Of a stretch of 64,000 nucleotides of DNA, positions 1 to 11,261 are shown piece by piece. Position 1 is the stretch's first letter, and each line of letters begins with the position of its first letter. A program made the translations under genes and the position numbers. The stretch comes from Acidobacteriota bacterium (lineage in GTDB: Bacteria; Acidobacteriota; Terriglobia; Terriglobales; SCQP01). The stretch covers positions 643 through 64,642 of the forward strand of contig JAKAZV010000003.1 in NCBI GenBank assembly GCA_021826505.1, read 5' to 3'. The notes under the pieces were generated by a model that was not told where the DNA came from, did not search any database, and was given only the letters and a program-made list of their open reading frames with translations.

Positions 1-412
1 TATCGCTGCCCAGCATCCAGAAGGCCGGCCACAGGCCAGCGCCGGTGGGCAGCTGCATGCTGGCCTCAATGCGGCCGTACTGGGTGGTGAACAGGCCCTG
101 CGTTTTCATACGGCCCGAGGTCCAGACGCCGCTCGAGGTATGGATCGCCGCGATGACGAGATGACCGTTGCCATCTTCATAAATGTTGGGCTGGGCGGTG
201 CTGCAGGGAGCTGTATTATCGGTGGGCGGACAGTAGTATTCCTGCTCCTGATTCCCCCAGCCGTTGTTATTGCCGGTCTCGTAAGTCCATTTGGCGGGGT
301 TGGGGGCGGAGCCGGCGGGGCCGTTGAATTCGCTCGACCAGGCCAGGGTCCAGGTCTGGGCGGAAAGCGAGCCACAACCCAATAAAACCAGCGCGAGAAA
401 CGGCAACATCAT
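1..412 (-). CDS. Glycoside hydrolase family 16 (beta-glucanase/laminarinase-like), N-terminal part; the 3' end runs off the window
   Basis: Manual minus-strand translation from the ATGATG at 412: MMLPFLALVLLGCGSLSAQTWTLAWSSEFNGP...GWGNQEQEYY...GRIEASMQLPTGAGLWPAFWMLGSD. This shows a signal peptide plus GH16-type motifs. It is absent from the ORF track because there is no stop codon in the window. Confidence 0.75.
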   Translation of the reverse strand, partial: MMLPFLALVLLGCGSLSAQTWTLAWSSEFNGPAGSAPNPAKWTYETGNNNGWGNQEQEYYCPPTDNTAPCSTAQPNIYEDGNGHLVIAAIHTSSGVWTSGRMKTQGLFTTQYGRIEASMQLPTGAGLWPAFWMLGSD

Positions 413-806
413 GGCGCGGCGCGAAGAAGCGGCAGACCGCTTTTTTTGCTCCGCCATTCCTATCTGTCCCATACTGTTCCGCGGGATGGGGTCGCCGGGC
501 TTGCGGTTTCGCATGGCTTTGAAGGCGGCTCGGCCGATGCGTCGTAATGGATGGGAATGCCTCAGCATTTACGTCCTCCCGTAATCGGGAAGCATTGTAG
601 CAGGAAATAATGATGGGGCACAGCCGCGGTGACGGGCCCACTTTGTTGCTTCGTCATTTCCCGGGGGCGAAATCGGCAGAAAAAAGGAATGACTGTTTCT
701 TTCCGCTCCGTACTGTTGCGCGGGACCAGGCCCCCGGCCAGCGCGCCGTCAGGAATTTCGCGCGGCGGCTTGCAATTCCAATAAAGACCGCAAATACAAT
801 AGATAT

Positions 807-1936
807 ATGCCTCACTTGTTCGAGCCACTGCGCCAGCGCGACGTGAACTTCCGCAATCGGATCGCGGTTTCCCCCATGTGCCAGTATTCCAGCCAGGATG
901 GCCATGCCAGCGACTGGCATCTGGTTCACCTGGGCAGCCGGGCCGCGGGCGGAGCGGCCGCGATCCTGACCGAAGCCACGGCGGTATCGCCGGAGGGCCG
1001 CATCAGTCCCCAGGATCTGGGGATCTGGAAAGATGAGCATATCGAGATGCTGGTGCGGATGACGCATTTTGTGCGTGGGCAGGGCGCGGTGGCGGGCATG
1101 CAACTGGCGCATGCCGGACGCAAAGCCAGCACCTGGGCGCCCGGGCAGGGAACGGGCGCGATCGCGATCGAGGCAGGCGGCTGGCAACCCGTGGCGCCCA
1201 GCGCACTGGCGTTTGCGCCCGATTATGCGATGCCGCGCGCGCTCGATGCCGCGGGCATGCGAAAAATCATCGCCGATTTTGCCGCGGCCGCGCAGCGGGC
1301 GCTGGCGGCGGGATTTCAACTGCTCGAATTGCACGCCGCGCATGGATATCTGCTGCATGAGTTTCTCTCGCCCCTGAGCAATCAGCGAACCGATGCGTAC
1401 GGCGGCAGCCTGGAGAACCGCTGCCGTCTGGTCTGCGAAGTCACCGCCGCGGTGCGCGGGGTTTGGCCGGAACGGCTGCCATTATGGGTGCGCATCTCGG
1501 CCAGCGATTGGAGCGAAGGCGGCTGGGATGTGGAGGCTTCGATTGAACTGGCGCGGCGCTTGCGGCCTTTGGGCGTGGATTTGGTGGATTGCTCTTCGGG
1601 CGGCAATGTGGCCACGGCGAAGATTCCCCTGGGCGCGGGCTATCAGACCGGTTTGCCGAACGCATTCGCCGGGAAAGCGGCATGCCAACGGGAGCGGTGG
1701 GCATGATTACCGCGCCGGCCCAGGCCGACCATATTCTGCGCAGCGGGCAGGCCGATATGGTGATCATGGCGCGCGAAATGCTGCGCGATCCGTACTGGCC
1801 GCTGCGGGCGGGGCGCGAGCTGGGCGCGGCGGCGGCCTGGCCGGCGCAGTATTTGCGGGCGGCGCCGGCGGGCAGCCCGGCACAGAAGCCAAGCGAAGAT
1901 CCAGGCCAAAAGTTTCAGAATTCAATTTCGAATTAA
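807..1936 (+). pseudogene. NADH:flavin oxidoreductase (Old Yellow Enzyme, YqjM/NamA type) split by a 1-nt frameshift near 1650
   Basis: ORF 807-1706 carries the OYE N-terminus and core (RNRIAVSPMCQY, MQLAHAGRKAS, ELHAAHGYLLHEFLSP). The conserved C-terminus FAERIRRESGMPTGAVGMITAPAQADHILRSGQADMVIMAREMLRDPYW is in the frame of ORF 1589-1936. The frames meet at TAT CAG ACC GG/TTT GCC (1641-1657). Confidence 0.7.
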
Positions 1937-2006
1937 CAACCCAAGCGAAAGCGCGTGCGCCAGAACCCAGGCGCGCGCCTACTGTTAGCGTTAAATACCC
2001 ATACGG

Positions 2007-3626
2007 ATGCCGGATAATAGCTGGATGGCAACGAAGCTGGAAGAATACGCGCTGGTGGCGCGCCCCGAGCGGGATAACGTGGCGGTGATGATCACCGATT
2101 TAGCGGCCGCGGACGGCGCGGAAGCTATTATTGCAGCGCAATGGCGGGAGCGGTTCATTCCCCTGCGGCCGCCGCTGAGCCGGGGCAGCAGCGTGGCTTT
2201 GACTGATTTGCAGCCGGGTGACGCGGTGATTTCGCTGGGCGCGCCGTACGGGATGGCGAAAGAGATGATTCCCGCCGGGGCTGTGGTGGATGAGCGGAAC
2301 CTGGCGGCGGAATTGCCCCGGCGATTGGGGTTGAGCGTCAAACGAAAACCATGCGCGACAAAGAATCTATGGCCCGCGCATTTTATGGGGTTTCGGCGGG
2401 ATGACGGACAGACGGGGGTGCGCAACTATGTCGCTGTAGTGACCTCGGGAATGTGCGCGGCGGCGGAGGTGCGCGAGATTGCGGCGCGAGCCAGCCGCGA
2501 GCTGTGGTCGCGCGAGCGCTATCCCAATGTGGATGGCGTGATTCCGATCATCCAGGAGTCCGGCTGCGGCATGCCGGATGGCGGTCCGGTCGAAATTCTC
2601 AACCGTGTGCTGACGGCAACCTTATCCCACCCCAATATCGGTGCGGCGCTGTATGTGGATCTGGGCTGCGGCAAAACCTGTATTGCCTGTTCAGCCCCGG
2701 TTTTTGCCCAGCGCATACCGGGATATCACCGCCGGGTGCGGTCGCTGAGCATACAAGGCAACGGCGGGACGCGCCGCACCATTGAACGCGGGCTAAGCGA
2801 AGTGGAGCAATTACTCGAGCGGGCCAACCTGGAGCGGCGGACGCCGGCGGGCATTGAACAACTGAAACTCGGGGTGAAATGCGGCGGATCGGATCGCTGG
2901 AGCGGCATCACCGCCAACCCAGCCCTGGGCTGGGCGGCTGATCAGTTGATCGCGGCCGGCGGCAGCGTGCTGATCGGAGAAGTTCCGGAGCTGCAGGGCG
3001 CGGCCGCGCAGGCCTTGAAACGGCGCGCGGCAAACCGGGAAACGGCCCGCAAATGGCAAGCCGCGCAGCGGCGCTATGAAAAATATGTCCGGCAGTTTGG
3101 CCAGGATTACCGGGAAAATCCTTCGCCCGGGAATATTGCCGGCGGGTTGGCCAATATTTATCTGAAATCGCTGGGCGCGCTGGCCAAGGCGGGCGAGAGC
3201 AAGCTGGCGGACGTGCTCGACTATTCCGAGCCGGCGGGCGAGCGGCGGGGATTGATGGTGGTTTATTCGCCCGGCTATGACCAGATTTCCACCCCCGCAC
3301 TTTTTCTGGGCGGCGCGCAGGTGGTCTGCTTCACCACCGGACGGGGCACCGGAATCGGCTGCGCACTGGGGCCGGTGATCAAGATCAGCTCGAATTCCGA
3401 GCTGGCGCGCGGAAATGAGGATATTGATCTGGATGCGGGAACGATTTTACCCGCAGTGGAGCAGAGAGAGAACGCTCCGGCACAGCCGGAAACGATTGCG
3501 GGAGTGGGAGAAAAGATATTGCGCCAGGTGGTGGACACCTGCAATGGCGGTTATAGACCGCGGGCCGAGGCCAGCGGCCTGCATTATGAATTTAAAGTCT
3601 GGGAGTCGTTGTGGCCCTCGCTATAA
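2007..3626 (+). CDS. UxaA-family (altronate/galactarate-type) sugar-acid dehydratase
   Basis: 539 aa. SAF-like N-terminus, then ESGCGMPDGG, KCGGSDRWSGITANPALGW and VCFTTGRGTGIGC, all typical of UxaA/GarD-type dehydratases. The start may be the internal Met at 2025. Confidence 0.75.
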   Translation: MPDNSWMATKLEEYALVARPERDNVAVMITDLAAADGAEAIIAAQWRERFIPLRPPLSRGSSVALTDLQPGDAVISLGAPYGMAKEMIPAGAVVDERNLAAELPRRLGLSVKRKPCATKNLWPAHFMGFRRDDGQTGVRNYVAVVTSGMCAAAEVREIAARASRELWSRERYPNVDGVIPIIQESGCGMPDGGPVEILNRVLTATLSHPNIGAALYVDLGCGKTCIACSAPVFAQRIPGYHRRVRSLSIQGNGGTRRTIERGLSEVEQLLERANLERRTPAGIEQLKLGVKCGGSDRWSGITANPALGWAADQLIAAGGSVLIGEVPELQGAAAQALKRRAANRETARKWQAAQRRYEKYVRQFGQDYRENPSPGNIAGGLANIYLKSLGALAKAGESKLADVLDYSEPAGERRGLMVVYSPGYDQISTPALFLGGAQVVCFTTGRGTGIGCALGPVIKISSNSELARGNEDIDLDAGTILPAVEQRENAPAQPETIAGVGEKILRQVVDTCNGGYRPRAEASGLHYEFKVWESLWPSL

Positions 3627-4107
3627 AAGCTCCGGCGAGGTTCCCAACTCCGGCGCGGCCGCACGCATCTGAATGAGTGCTGGGCGGCTGTTCTGTCACG
3701 TGCCGCGCCAGCAGAAGCCAAATTGAATCGGAGCAGGGATGGGCATGAGCCGGAATTTCATGAGCTGCGGTCTGGCGGCGATTTCAATGATGCTTATTCT
3801 GCTGATGGCAAGCGCGCGTTGGGATCGTCCTCAACCGATTGCCGCCATTGCCAAGAGCGGGCATGGGTTATGGCTGCGGCTTAGCCGGATTGGGCCAGGG
3901 CAAAAACGGGAAAGTAGTTTCACCTGGCGGCCGCATACACGGGTGGAATGGCCGGCCAGTTTTATGGCCTGCGGGCCGATGTGGCGATAAAGTAGCGTAA
4001 AAGCTGGAAAGCCGGATTCAGCGGGCGGCGCGCTGATGCGCGAAAGCCGCATAAATGACAGTGAGGGAAGCGAGCGGCCGGGGTCCAAGGCCGAGTCTAT
4101 AAAATTT

Positions 4108-5070
<963 letters not shown>

Positions 5071-5183
5071 GAGTCAGGGCGGGGGGAATTCAAATTTTAA
5101 CAGAGCGAGAAGCGGCGCGGATGATTATGCTCATGCGCGCTGCCACCCGGCGCCGGATGAAATTTCCTGATGCCGTGATAAAG

Positions 5184-5213
5184 AAAAATGCCCGCCGCAT
5201 GGCGGGCATTTTT
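5184..5213 (-). terminator. Rho-independent terminator-like hairpin downstream of the 5405-6520 gene (symmetric, could act in both directions)
   Basis: AAAAATGCCCGCC-GCAT-GGCGGGCATTTTT: a 9-bp GC-rich stem (5188-5196/5201-5209) flanked by an A-run and a T-run. Confidence 0.6.
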
Positions 5214-5404
5214 CCAGGAGAAATAGCTTCGAAGCCCGATACCCGGCAAGACCGGGGTAACCGAAACCAGCGAAACCATTGATGGGAAAAATGGTACGGT
5301 CAGGACAAAAATACTGTCAAGATCAAATCAGCCCAGCAAAGTAATGTTTTTAAGCCTTTTATTATCAACGATATACAAAAAATAAAATCGGGCAGAAATT
5401 TGGG

Positions 5405-6520
5405 TCATTTAGTGTCGGGAGAGGATGGGGATTTTGATTCATATTCATTTAACTCCAGCCAAATGAATGACTTAACCACGGAATGAAAGTGTCGGGGAAA
5501 CCAATGTGCCAATTGCCGCCGCAGCCAGCCGCTCAGAATGCCAACGACGATGGACGCTCCCATCAACAAGGCGACAAAGACCAGAATGCTCAGCAAAAGT
5601 TCGGCCGCCAATATCACCTGGCTGGGGCCGATGCGGCTCCAGGTAATGTGAACACGCTGATGAATCCGGGCAAGAAGAGAATGGGCGAGAGATGGATCGG
5701 AACTGCGAACGACGATGAGCCAGGTTCCGGAACGGCGGACGAAAACGTGGGGATGGGCGGACCACATGCGGCGGAATGTTTGTAATTGCGCATGCGCAAT
5801 CTGCGGCGTGGGATAAGACCAGAGAAGCAGATGGGCAATGCCCCGCGGACGGGCGTAAAGAGCAGCCGCGAATTCAGGGTCATCCGGGAAGTTCGCTGCC
5901 TGAACGGGAAACCAGGGCGCGGCGGAAGCCAGCGCGGCGGGACCATAGCCATAGCGCAGCGATCCGGCAACGCGGGCGGGCGCCGGCAAATGCAGAGGCA
6001 GGTCAGGGGCAATATCGCGCGCGGCATCGCCCCTGGGCAGAGCGGCGGCCCAACGCAGAGCCGATTGAAACTGATGGGCCGGCCAAGCACCCCGCAGCAA
6101 AACCACATTGCGGCCGCGCAAAAGCGTCCACTGACGGGGGCTTTGCCAGGCTCGATTCAAGCGGGGAATCGCGCGCGCAAAGCCGGCGCGGGGCTCGGCG
6201 AACGCGCGCTGAAAACTATAGGCGCCAAAAGCGCCGCTGGCGCCGCGAAAGCGCTCCAGGATGAGCCGGGGCGAGTGGACGGCCGCCGATGCGGAGGAGG
6301 AGGGAAGCCAGGCCCGCCGCCAGCGAAGATGAAATTCCCGCAACAGCACCGCCTGGGCTGGAGCTAAACGCGGAAGAGAGGCTATTTGCCAGCCCGCAGG
6401 CACCGGCACGGCATGGGCATTGCTGCGGGGAGAAACCGGCGGCCGCGGCGCGGCGGCCGCGGCGAGCGCGCAACTCAACAACACGATCCACCCAAGGCGG
6501 GATTTTCGAAACCTGTCCAC
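5405..6520 (-). CDS. Hypothetical exported protein with a C-terminal transmembrane anchor
   Basis: 371 aa. N-terminal signal-like segment LGWIVLLSCALAAAAA and C-terminal hydrophobic helix LLLSILVFVALLMGASIVVGILSGW. I recognise no family. Confidence 0.5.
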   Translation of the reverse strand: MDRFRKSRLGWIVLLSCALAAAAAPRPPVSPRSNAHAVPVPAGWQIASLPRLAPAQAVLLREFHLRWRRAWLPSSSASAAVHSPRLILERFRGASGAFGAYSFQRAFAEPRAGFARAIPRLNRAWQSPRQWTLLRGRNVVLLRGAWPAHQFQSALRWAAALPRGDAARDIAPDLPLHLPAPARVAGSLRYGYGPAALASAAPWFPVQAANFPDDPEFAAALYARPRGIAHLLLWSYPTPQIAHAQLQTFRRMWSAHPHVFVRRSGTWLIVVRSSDPSLAHSLLARIHQRVHITWSRIGPSQVILAAELLLSILVFVALLMGASIVVGILSGWLRRQLAHWFPRHFHSVVKSFIWLELNEYESKSPSSPDTK

Positions 6521-6582
6521 GCTTTATTGTGTACCCGTTGCAGAAACGATGAAGAGCGGCCGTGGTCAGGCGAAAAAAGAAA

Positions 6583-8937
6583 TCAGGAATTGGAGTTGAG
6601 ATCCAGTTCGGGCTCCAGGTCATCCACTTCCGCCGGCTGGCCGGCGGCGGGAGCTTCGGAGCGAATTTTCAACTGAAAGCCCCTGAGAACCTGTTCACGC
6701 TGGGGGGAATGCAATTCGTGGCGCAGGCGTTTGAGCGCCAGAGAGACGACATTGTAGTGATGCAGTTCGCGGTAGCGCGGATCATGGACCAGATCGAGCC
6801 AGATGTCGTGCATGAGGGCCACATCTTTGTCGCGCAGGCGGGGCGTATGGGGGCCGAGGTAAAAGACTTCGTCCACGGCGCCCTCATCCATGACTTCCAG
6901 GCGCAGGCGGGGCCGGGGTTCGGGCAATTGCTCCCAGGCCAGGCCGGTGTAGTTCCCCTGTTCGCGCAAGGGGAGGGCGCGGCTTTTGCCGGCCACAATG
7001 GTGTCGGAGCGCAGGCGGGCTGCGGTCTGCACCAGCGCGTCAAAGGCATTGGAGCCAGGCACGATGAGCAGGGAAACCGGCTTGCCGGCTTTTTCCGCGA
7101 CGGCGACGACCTGGGTAAATAATTGCTGCTCGTAATCGGTTAATTCGGCGCCTACCGGATCGGCGGCGGCGCCGGGCGGGACCATGCGCACGGTGACCAC
7201 CACGATGTCCTGCTTGAGCGGGTCGCTGCGGTCCAGCACGCGCCGGAGATGGCCGAGGTGATTGAAGTCGCGGACCGCGACCAGAATGCTGCCGGGGCGG
7301 ACTTCGAGGGATTCGGCGTGCAGATCGCCGCGGCCGGCGACCTGAAATTCATCCAGGTGGGCATTTTTACGGCCCCGGCGCTTGGTCAATTGCTCGGATA
7401 TGACAAAGATGATGAAAAAGGCCGCGGTGAAGATCACGCCGGAGATGGTGGCCAGTTCCTTAGTAAACAAGTTAATGATCGCAGTGCTCACCAGCACGAA
7501 GGTGATCAGAACCAGACCGAGAGGAAATTCGAACTGGCCGATACGGAAATTTCCGGGAACCTTGAACTCGCGGCCGCCGGGACGGCGGAAGCGCAGCACC
7601 AGCACCGCGACCGAGAGAAAAGTAAAGCTCCAGACCAGGCCGAAGGCATAGGCTTCGCCCAGGGCATAAACATTGCCGCGGCTGAGCAGAATGATGGCGA
7701 TCTGCATGATCGTGATCAGGTTCAGCAGGCGGTAGGTGGTGCCGTAGCGGCTATGAGGACGGCGAAACCAGGCGGTCATGACCCCATCTTCGCTGACTCG
7801 GTTGAGCACGCCATTGGAGCCGATAATGGCCGTATTCACCGCGCCGGAGAGAATCAGCACGCCCACCACCGCGACGAAACCCTGAAAAGCGAGGCGCAGG
7901 AACAGCGGGCCCGTCAGATGCATGGCCAGCTCGCCCAAGAGATTGCCCAGCAGATATTTGTGGCGGACGGCGTCGGGAATGATCATTTCGCCGAAAAACG
8001 CCGCCAGGGCGGTGAACAGCAGGCTATAGACAAAAATCACGAGCCCGGCTTTTTCCAGGTTTTTGACCTTGGGGCTCTGAATTTCCCGGTAGACCTGGGC
8101 CAGGGTCTCTTCGCCGCTCATGGCCAGGATGGAGTGGCCGAAAGCGATGAGCAGGGCGAAAAAGATGATGTGAGTCAGAGCGGAGCCGTAGAGCCAGCCC
8201 AGGGAGGAACGGGGAAAGTTTAAATGTTGCAGGGTGGGAGCGGGCGGCAGGTGCGCCTGCCCGCCCATATGCAACAGGGTCAGCAGCGACCAGATGATGA
8301 GCATGATCACCATGACGGTGGTGATCTGCATGATGCGCAGCGCTTTGCCGCTGGATTCATGGATGCCCTGAATGTTTTTCCACCAGAAATAGAGGGTGAC
8401 GGCCACGGCGAAGGCGGCGGAAAAGGTGTTGAGGGCGGTGTCGCCGGTGATCCAACTGGCGCCCCAGCGGGCGGCCAGATCGTGAATAAAGCCGCCCAGA
8501 TACTGGCCGGCGGAGACGGCGCTGATCGGTCCGGTCAGAACAAAATCAAAGAGCAGGGCGGAGACGGCGACCTTGGCGGTGGTATGGCCCAGGCCTTCTT
8601 TCACCACGCGGTAGACGCCGCCGCGCACAAACACGGTGGAGGATTCAATATAGAGCGCGCGCACGGCGTAGCTGAACAGCATGACCGCCAGAATCAGCCA
8701 GGGGGCGCACTTGCCAATGGCCTGTTCGGCGATGCCGGGCACGTAAAAGGCCGACGAGGCGAGATCGGCCAGCACCACCGCGGCGGCGCGCCAATAAGTG
8801 ATGAAAGTGAGCATCACCGTCGAAGCGACGATGACACGCGTGGCGGTCTTGGGAGAGACATCCATGAGTTCAAATGACGGCGAACGGATCGGCAACCCAG
8901 GCGCGAGCGCGGCGCCCAGCCGGCGATGTGCCGGCAA
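6583..8937 (-). CDS. APC-superfamily amino-acid permease fused to a C-terminal universal-stress-protein-like domain
   Basis: 784 aa. About 12 hydrophobic helices in the first 520 aa or so, then a soluble tail (ILVAVRDFNHLGHLRRVL...VSLLIVPGSNAFDALVQTAARLRSDTIVAG) resembling Usp. The start may be the Met at 8865 (MDVSPK). Confidence 0.7.
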   Translation of the reverse strand: MPAHRRLGAALAPGLPIRSPSFELMDVSPKTATRVIVASTVMLTFITYWRAAAVVLADLASSAFYVPGIAEQAIGKCAPWLILAVMLFSYAVRALYIESSTVFVRGGVYRVVKEGLGHTTAKVAVSALLFDFVLTGPISAVSAGQYLGGFIHDLAARWGASWITGDTALNTFSAAFAVAVTLYFWWKNIQGIHESSGKALRIMQITTVMVIMLIIWSLLTLLHMGGQAHLPPAPTLQHLNFPRSSLGWLYGSALTHIIFFALLIAFGHSILAMSGEETLAQVYREIQSPKVKNLEKAGLVIFVYSLLFTALAAFFGEMIIPDAVRHKYLLGNLLGELAMHLTGPLFLRLAFQGFVAVVGVLILSGAVNTAIIGSNGVLNRVSEDGVMTAWFRRPHSRYGTTYRLLNLITIMQIAIILLSRGNVYALGEAYAFGLVWSFTFLSVAVLVLRFRRPGGREFKVPGNFRIGQFEFPLGLVLITFVLVSTAIINLFTKELATISGVIFTAAFFIIFVISEQLTKRRGRKNAHLDEFQVAGRGDLHAESLEVRPGSILVAVRDFNHLGHLRRVLDRSDPLKQDIVVVTVRMVPPGAAADPVGAELTDYEQQLFTQVVAVAEKAGKPVSLLIVPGSNAFDALVQTAARLRSDTIVAGKSRALPLREQGNYTGLAWEQLPEPRPRLRLEVMDEGAVDEVFYLGPHTPRLRDKDVALMHDIWLDLVHDPRYRELHHYNVVSLALKRLRHELHSPQREQVLRGFQLKIRSEAPAAGQPAEVDDLEPELDLNSNS

Positions 8938-9022
8938 TACGGGTGCGGGGGCGATTTCCGGGTCTTACACCCAGGCTTGAAACATATTGTAGAGGAAAAC
9001 CGCGCGCCCCCGGCACGGAAAT

Positions 9023-11062
9023 TTAACGCTCGGCCTGATGGACCGGCATTATATGCGCGGGTTGACGGAGAGGATGGTTCTGGGCGCGAACGATGCGGGG
9101 ACCGCCGAGCGAATGGACATAGCGCGCGATGCCGCGATAGATGTCCAGGGCGATGCGCTGCTGATACCAGGACTGGCCTAACCGCCGGGCATAATAGGGA
9201 TTACTGAGGAAAGAAATTTCGGTCAGGATCGAAGGCATGCGGGCGCCGATCAGGACAATGAAGGGAGCGGATTTCACATGCCGGTCCGGCTCATGCAGGC
9301 CGCGCACCAGGCTGATTTCCACGTCATGGGCCAGCTGGCGAGATTCCTGCATTTTATTGTCAATGGCGATTTTGGTGATTAAACCGCCCAGGTTATGAAT
9401 GTCATAGCCGCTGCCGGCATTTTCGCGCGCCGCCACGGCCAGGGCCTGGGGATTCTGGGTGAAGTTCAGGTAGTAGGTTTCAATGCCGGAAACCTGCGGA
9501 TCACTGCTGGCGTTGGCGTGAATGGAAATAAACAGATCGGCATGGTCGCGGTTGGCGATGGCGGTGCGCTCGGTCAGAGGAATAAAGACATCCCGGTCGC
9601 GGGTGTAAAAGACCCGCACGCCAAGCCGGCGGCGCAAGAGGCGTCCCAATTTCAGCGCCACTCCGAGCACCACATTTTTTTCATATAACCCATTGGGGCC
9701 AATGGTGCCAGTGTCATGCCCGCCATGGCCGGGATCAATGACGATGCGGCGGATGCCGAGATCAAGCGCCCGGGTGAGGGAACGCCGGCCATTGGGCAGC
9801 GGGGCGGAGGGATGAAGGACGACTGGCCGAACGGGCGGCGGGCGGGGAGTGATGAGGCGGCGAACGGCGACGAGTGGACGCGGCCGGATCGGAGCGCCAG
9901 GCGGGACCGCATTCGAGGATATGGATACTGTTCGTGAGTGCGCGCTGGCCGGGACAGCGGGTTGCGGCGGATGGATTGCGGGTGTCCGGGACTGGGCCAG
10001 GACCGGCGCGGCCGGAATCGAGATGCGCGTGAGAGTGATGATATAACGCGCGGGATTGGGATAAAAATGGATGTGCGGCGTCAGCGCCAAAGCCGCAGTG
10101 GCGCCCACGACCACGCGCACGATATCCGCCTGGTTTTGCCCGGCGCGAATATAGCGCAGGCCGGGATCGGCGACGGGATATGTATGCAAGCCCCGCACCC
10201 AGGCGGTGGCGCAGCCATGCAAATCCAGAAACAGAATATGGCGGGAAACGATGGTGCCCCAGGAAATCGGAACCCGGCGGGTAAGAAATAAGACCAGGCG
10301 AATGGCGCCGGGATCATGCCAGACGTGCAGATGCTGGAAGTAGGCGTCTGATGAAGCATTCAGGGCTACTGGAACCGCAGCCAGCCCGGCGGGCCGCGCC
10401 GCGGCCTGGGGCCGGGCAGACGGGGCCGGAGCAGGGGATGGCGGCACAGGGCGGGAGATCAGGGCGCGGCGGCCCAGTTTGGCCAGCGCCGATCCGCTCA
10501 ATATGGGCAAGCTGCCGCGGATTTCACCCCGCAATTCGCGCCGCGCGGCGGAAGCGCGGGGATCGGCGGGATAGCGCAGCAGAAAATCCCGCAGATGCGT
10601 CCGGGCGGGCGCGCGCAGGTCCAATTTGCTCCATTCGATCTGGGCCAGCGACCAGTCCACATTGCGGCGGAATTGACTATAGGGATAGCGCAGCAGCAGG
10701 GTGTAATAAAAATGCACGGCCCGCAGCCAGGCGGCATGGGCGACAGCATAGGAATGCGTGGTCTGGGCCAGCTCCACTTCCAGACCGGCGCTGTCATAGT
10801 ACGCGGCCTGGGCGGCCTGGGCGTCATTTCGCTGCCGGCGCAGCGGCGCCAGGAGATGGACAATGGCCAGGAATTGGCCGGGAGTGCGCGCGCTGCGCGG
10901 CTGCCGCAATAAGGCCTGATGGAGGCGATGCGCGCGGGCTAGGATCCGCTTGGCGGGAGACACGCGCGCCCTAGCCGGGAGCACGCACAGCAGCCCGGCC
11001 AACAGGAGGGTTGCGGAGCGGAACTTCAATGTCAACTGCGGCACGTTTCGTGCGGAAAGCAA
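9023..11062 (-). CDS. N-acetylmuramoyl-L-alanine amidase (Amidase_3, AmiC-like) with a long N-terminal extension
   Basis: The C-terminal domain has IVIDPGHGGHDTGTIGPNG, DLFISIHANAS and GIETYYLN. The N-terminus has a signal-like segment and Pro/Ala-rich linkers. Confidence 0.8.
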   Translation of the reverse strand: MLSARNVPQLTLKFRSATLLLAGLLCVLPARARVSPAKRILARAHRLHQALLRQPRSARTPGQFLAIVHLLAPLRRQRNDAQAAQAAYYDSAGLEVELAQTTHSYAVAHAAWLRAVHFYYTLLLRYPYSQFRRNVDWSLAQIEWSKLDLRAPARTHLRDFLLRYPADPRASAARRELRGEIRGSLPILSGSALAKLGRRALISRPVPPSPAPAPSARPQAAARPAGLAAVPVALNASSDAYFQHLHVWHDPGAIRLVLFLTRRVPISWGTIVSRHILFLDLHGCATAWVRGLHTYPVADPGLRYIRAGQNQADIVRVVVGATAALALTPHIHFYPNPARYIITLTRISIPAAPVLAQSRTPAIHPPQPAVPASAHSRTVSISSNAVPPGAPIRPRPLVAVRRLITPRPPPVRPVVLHPSAPLPNGRRSLTRALDLGIRRIVIDPGHGGHDTGTIGPNGLYEKNVVLGVALKLGRLLRRRLGVRVFYTRDRDVFIPLTERTAIANRDHADLFISIHANASSDPQVSGIETYYLNFTQNPQALAVAARENAGSGYDIHNLGGLITKIAIDNKMQESRQLAHDVEISLVRGLHEPDRHVKSAPFIVLIGARMPSILTEISFLSNPYYARRLGQSWYQQRIALDIYRGIARYVHSLGGPRIVRAQNHPLRQPAHIMPVHQAER

Positions 11063-11261
11063 TCGCGAGCAGGTTCAATGTAGCGAATCAGGCCGGGAGA
11101 ATGCAACAAGAAATCACGGATCAGGATAGCGGAATAGATACCTGAACCTGTCTCATCAAGCCAAATTGAAATCATGCATGCCGTGCGGCTTTGAGGCAGA
11201 TTTCTGACAGGGAGATGCGAAGAAAACGGAGGAGCAGAGAAGAGAACGCGCGGATGGGCGG

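Noticed and set aside
267-641. ORFs between the GH16 start and the OYE gene (267-641 minus, 291-584 plus, 654-1358 minus).
   Set aside because: They overlap the clearly coding GH16 and OYE frames or a divergent promoter region, and their translations are Arg/Pro-rich with no motifs.
3739-3990. An 83-aa ORF with a signal-like N-terminus and a possible GGAG RBS in the gap downstream of moxR.
   Set aside because: No recognisable family, a Trp/Arg-rich tail, and no way to test conservation here. I left it unannotated; see the MoxR finding.
7249-8223. Long antisense ORFs opposite well-supported genes. Examples: 7249-8223(+), 13099-14139(+), 14726-16342(+), 46111-47034(-), 49126-50292(-), 52571-53617(-), 61848-62987(-), 20591-21463(-).
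   Set aside because: Their translations are low-complexity and G/R/A/H/Q-rich with no recognisable motifs. The opposite strand in each case encodes a protein with clear family signatures. Shadow ORFs like these are typical of high-GC DNA.
11063-11261. A possible c-di-AMP (ydaO-type) riboswitch in the 200-nt leader of the amidase gene.
   Set aside because: Reading the minus strand, I found none of the conserved ydaO sequence blocks, and only a small hairpin at the start codon.
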